64,000 nucleotides of DNA, taken from the NCBI GenBank assembly GCA_002269645.1, contig NIVC01003989.1, forward strand, positions 2,146 to 66,145, written 5' to 3'. Position 1 is the stretch's first letter. The number at the start of each line of letters is the position of its first letter. This DNA comes from Macrostomum lignano (lineage: Eukaryota). The translations under genes and the position numbers were made by a program. This document shows positions 61,700 through 64,000 of this stretch, one piece after another. The notes beneath the pieces are model-generated. The model ran no database searches. It was not told the origin of the DNA and was given only the letters and a program-made list of their open reading frames with translations.

Positions 61700-62100
61700 T
61701 CAGCGGGGGTCGAATGGGAGACTCACACCTAGCAAGTAAACATTTTCTGTTCGATAGTCTATGATAGCATGCGCACTGGCTAGAAAAGCACTACCCAGGA
61801 GGGAAACTGCTGCTGAATTGCCAACGACCAGAAAGAGGATTCTCACCTCTTCTAGCCCAATAACTGCTGTGAGGGTGGCCTGGCCTAGCATCTCTAATTC
61901 ATTGCCCGTGTAGGACACGGCCTTCACACATGGGGGCTCCAGGGCCTCCACACTCTGTCCGGTAATTTTAGTAAAGTCTTTGACTGTTAGCAAAGACAGC
62001 GCACTGCCCCATCTACCAGGAGGCGGGTGGGAACATTCTCAATTGGCAACTCTACAACAATATCTCTCCCGCGTTGTCCTCTAGCTGGTCTTGGCTGATA
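61700..62100 (-). pseudogene. Retropepsin-like aspartic protease of an LTR retrotransposon, frameshifted at the catalytic D-x-G
   Basis: RLLVD-(x)GSALSLL...VKAVSYTGNELEMLG...SLLGSAFL...IIDY. One base is missing in a G-run at ~62007-62010. The frame ends at a stop and no RT follows. Confidence 0.75.
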
Positions 62101-62344
62101 GAAATCGGGTACCTTCTCAAATCTAAACTTCTTGCTGGGCGGGCGTGGCAGGTTAATCTGGGCCCTAGAGAGGGAACGGGGCTGAGTTCGGGCCGGGCCA
62201 TTCAGCCCTCCCACGGGTTTCCCGAACCCGGGGCTCTTCAGGCGTGGGAGGAGGAGGCATCAGAGCTTGCGCGCGCAGCTAGCTGGGCGAGCCTCTCCTG
62301 CCTCTCCCTGGTAGCCTCGTCTAACATATCTCTGCCCCAATCCG

Positions 62345-63600
62345 CTAAATCTTGCCTATGGCGATCGGGTGGCGCACGAAGCTGCAATTGTTGCTGCTGC
62401 ACACCCGGCGCCGGCGGCGTGGGCGCCTCCTGAATTGCAAGCGGCGGGGGCTGGGATTGGCGCCAGTTCCTACTGCTATTAGAGCCGCCCTGCCCCTGCC
62501 TCCAGTTCCTGTTGGGAGTGGCGGGGCGAGGGGTCTCATCTGCTGGGGCAGCTGGGCAACAGACTCTGCTGTCGCCTTCATAGTTTCATTGAGCTGCACC
62601 AGCTGGTTGCGCAGATCCTTTTGCGTTTGCTCTAGCGCGCCCAGCCTCTCTTGCATCTCTGATAGGCCGTCACCGTCCTCCTCCGTCTCGTCAGCTTCCT
62701 GGTTCACCATCCTGACCCACTTGCGAGGGGGCCTGGGTGGCTGCTGAGGTTGCAGACGGACTTCGGTGCGGGACTCAGACTTGGGCGGGCCACTACTGTC
62801 CCATTTCCCGGCTAAGTCTGCGGCTTCTAACAGGGCTTGCTGCTGTTCTAACACCTGCTCAATTGTCTGCCAGCGACGGCTCAACAGATCTTGTCTGACC
62901 TGGCGGGGGAGCTTAGCGTGTTCCAAGTAGGTGTACACGATTTCTTGTTCTCTCTGCTCACCCTGAATCTGAGGAAACATGGCCGTTATCTGAGATCTTA
63001 TCATAGCAGCAAAAGCACTATGTGATTGGCCGGGTTTCTGGCTCAGATTCTTCAGCTTATTTCTCTTAGCCAGATCAGTGTTGGCCTCGCCCAACTGCTC
63101 GCCTAATCTAGATACGAACTGCTCAAATGGCAATTGCCCGTCCAATCCTAAGGCTAAGTTCTGAAATTCACCTGGGAGGTGCGAGATGAGCACCTGTTTC
63201 CTAGCCTGATCTCCTACAGTTCTCTCCGCGTCCAGCTTGTAGATCATTTTCTCTACCATTGCACAAAACAGTGTTCGCCGGGAGAGAACTTCTCTACGTA
63301 GATTTTCGGCCTCTGGGCGTCTTGGCCCATGTTTAGCTGGTTTAACGCATTGGCTATAGCAGCAACTAAGTCTCCTAGCTGCGGGACTGCCTGAGGAGGA
63401 TTCTGGGCTGCGTCCGGGGAGCAGCGGCGGCTGCTGCGTCACCCTGATTGGGAGCGGGAGCTGCTACTCCTTCATCTGGTTCCTCAACTACTACTGCTTC
63501 TGGAGGCTGAGGACCTGGTTACCAGCGGCTGCGGCCATTGCGGCTGCGGGGCGGCAACTGCTGGGGTGTCAGCGGCCGAGGGTGGTTGACCAGGGGCGTC
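62345..63600 (-). pseudogene. gag: Ty3/Gypsy-type Gag, multiply frameshifted
   Basis: RPKIYVEKFSPGE..F.QW, then LISHL...KLKNLSQKPGQSHSAFAAMIR...FP (retrotransposon gag-like), a coiled-coil segment, and position directly upstream of the protease. Confidence 0.7.
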
Positions 63601-63864
63601 TGCGCACACAGCTTCTACGACCCTATCTCCGCGCCCGTGACATGTGAATGCCGGATAGCTGGGGAGTACCCACTACGGGAAGGAAAAGAAAAGAAAGCCG
63701 GGGCAACTACAGGTAAAGACCGAAAAGTTGACCCGAAACACACAAACACAGACAAAACTCACACACTTGCGGCGTCGAAGAAAACAAATTGAAAAACGGG
63801 TGGCTCCACATAATTCCAGTTAGGCAGTCCTAACGGCTTCACTCGGCAAAGCACACAAACTCAA

Positions 63865-64000
63865 CTGCGGCTACCACTACCAGTTGTCTATGGCACATCC
63901 TGACAGGGAAAATTGGCTATTCAGAGAGACTTGACCTTCATTTTTGCGGCCATGCTAGGGAACCCAAATGCGACCGTAAACGGACTTACGGCACCTGTAC
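63865..64000 (-). mobile_element. Putative primer-binding site (TGGTAG... at 63882) and U5 end of a 5' LTR (63885 to beyond the window)
   Basis: The minus strand reads ...AGACA-AC-TGGTAGTGGTAGCC upstream of gag. I could not assign the priming tRNA. Confidence 0.4.

Noticed and set aside
63885-64000. Partner 5' LTR of the LTR at 52937-55171
   Set aside because: The visible 116 bp share only short patchy words with the left end of that LTR, not the near-identity expected of an LTR pair.

Overview
Eukaryotic, animal-like DNA: spliced GT-AG genes, TTAGGG-like repeats, and almost entirely transposable elements. I found no ordinary host gene. From 1 to 38.8 kb is a minus-strand chain of four different canonical Helitrons joined exactly head-to-tail (hairpin-CTAG|TC). 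I label them D (36976-38831, non-autonomous), A (20109-36975, near-intact autonomous), B (12456-20108, non-autonomous, satellite-filled) and C (<1-12455, defective autonomous). A and C each encode a multi-exon STPR-repeat/OTU-protease/Zn-finger/HUH-Rep/PIF1-helicase protein (9 exons in A, exons 1-8 only in C). Each also carries a divergently transcribed two-gene cassette: a two-OB-fold RPA70-like gene and a small spliced CCHC zinc-knuckle/poly-Q gene that the ORF track does not show. The cassette is inverted between the two elements. From 39 to 52 kb are a third RPA-like pseudogene, a third knuckle/poly-Q pseudogene hit by two (GA)n-tailed LINEs, a 317-bp-arm palindrome, a MITE, and further Helitron ends. 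From 52.9 to 64 kb is a 2.2-kb LTR, an unknown ~449-aa ORF, a stand-alone Ginger1/GIN-like integrase and a degenerate gag-pro without RT. Many frameshifts are single-base losses in homopolymer runs and may be assembly errors. All alignments and exon phases were worked out by hand; no database searches were run.
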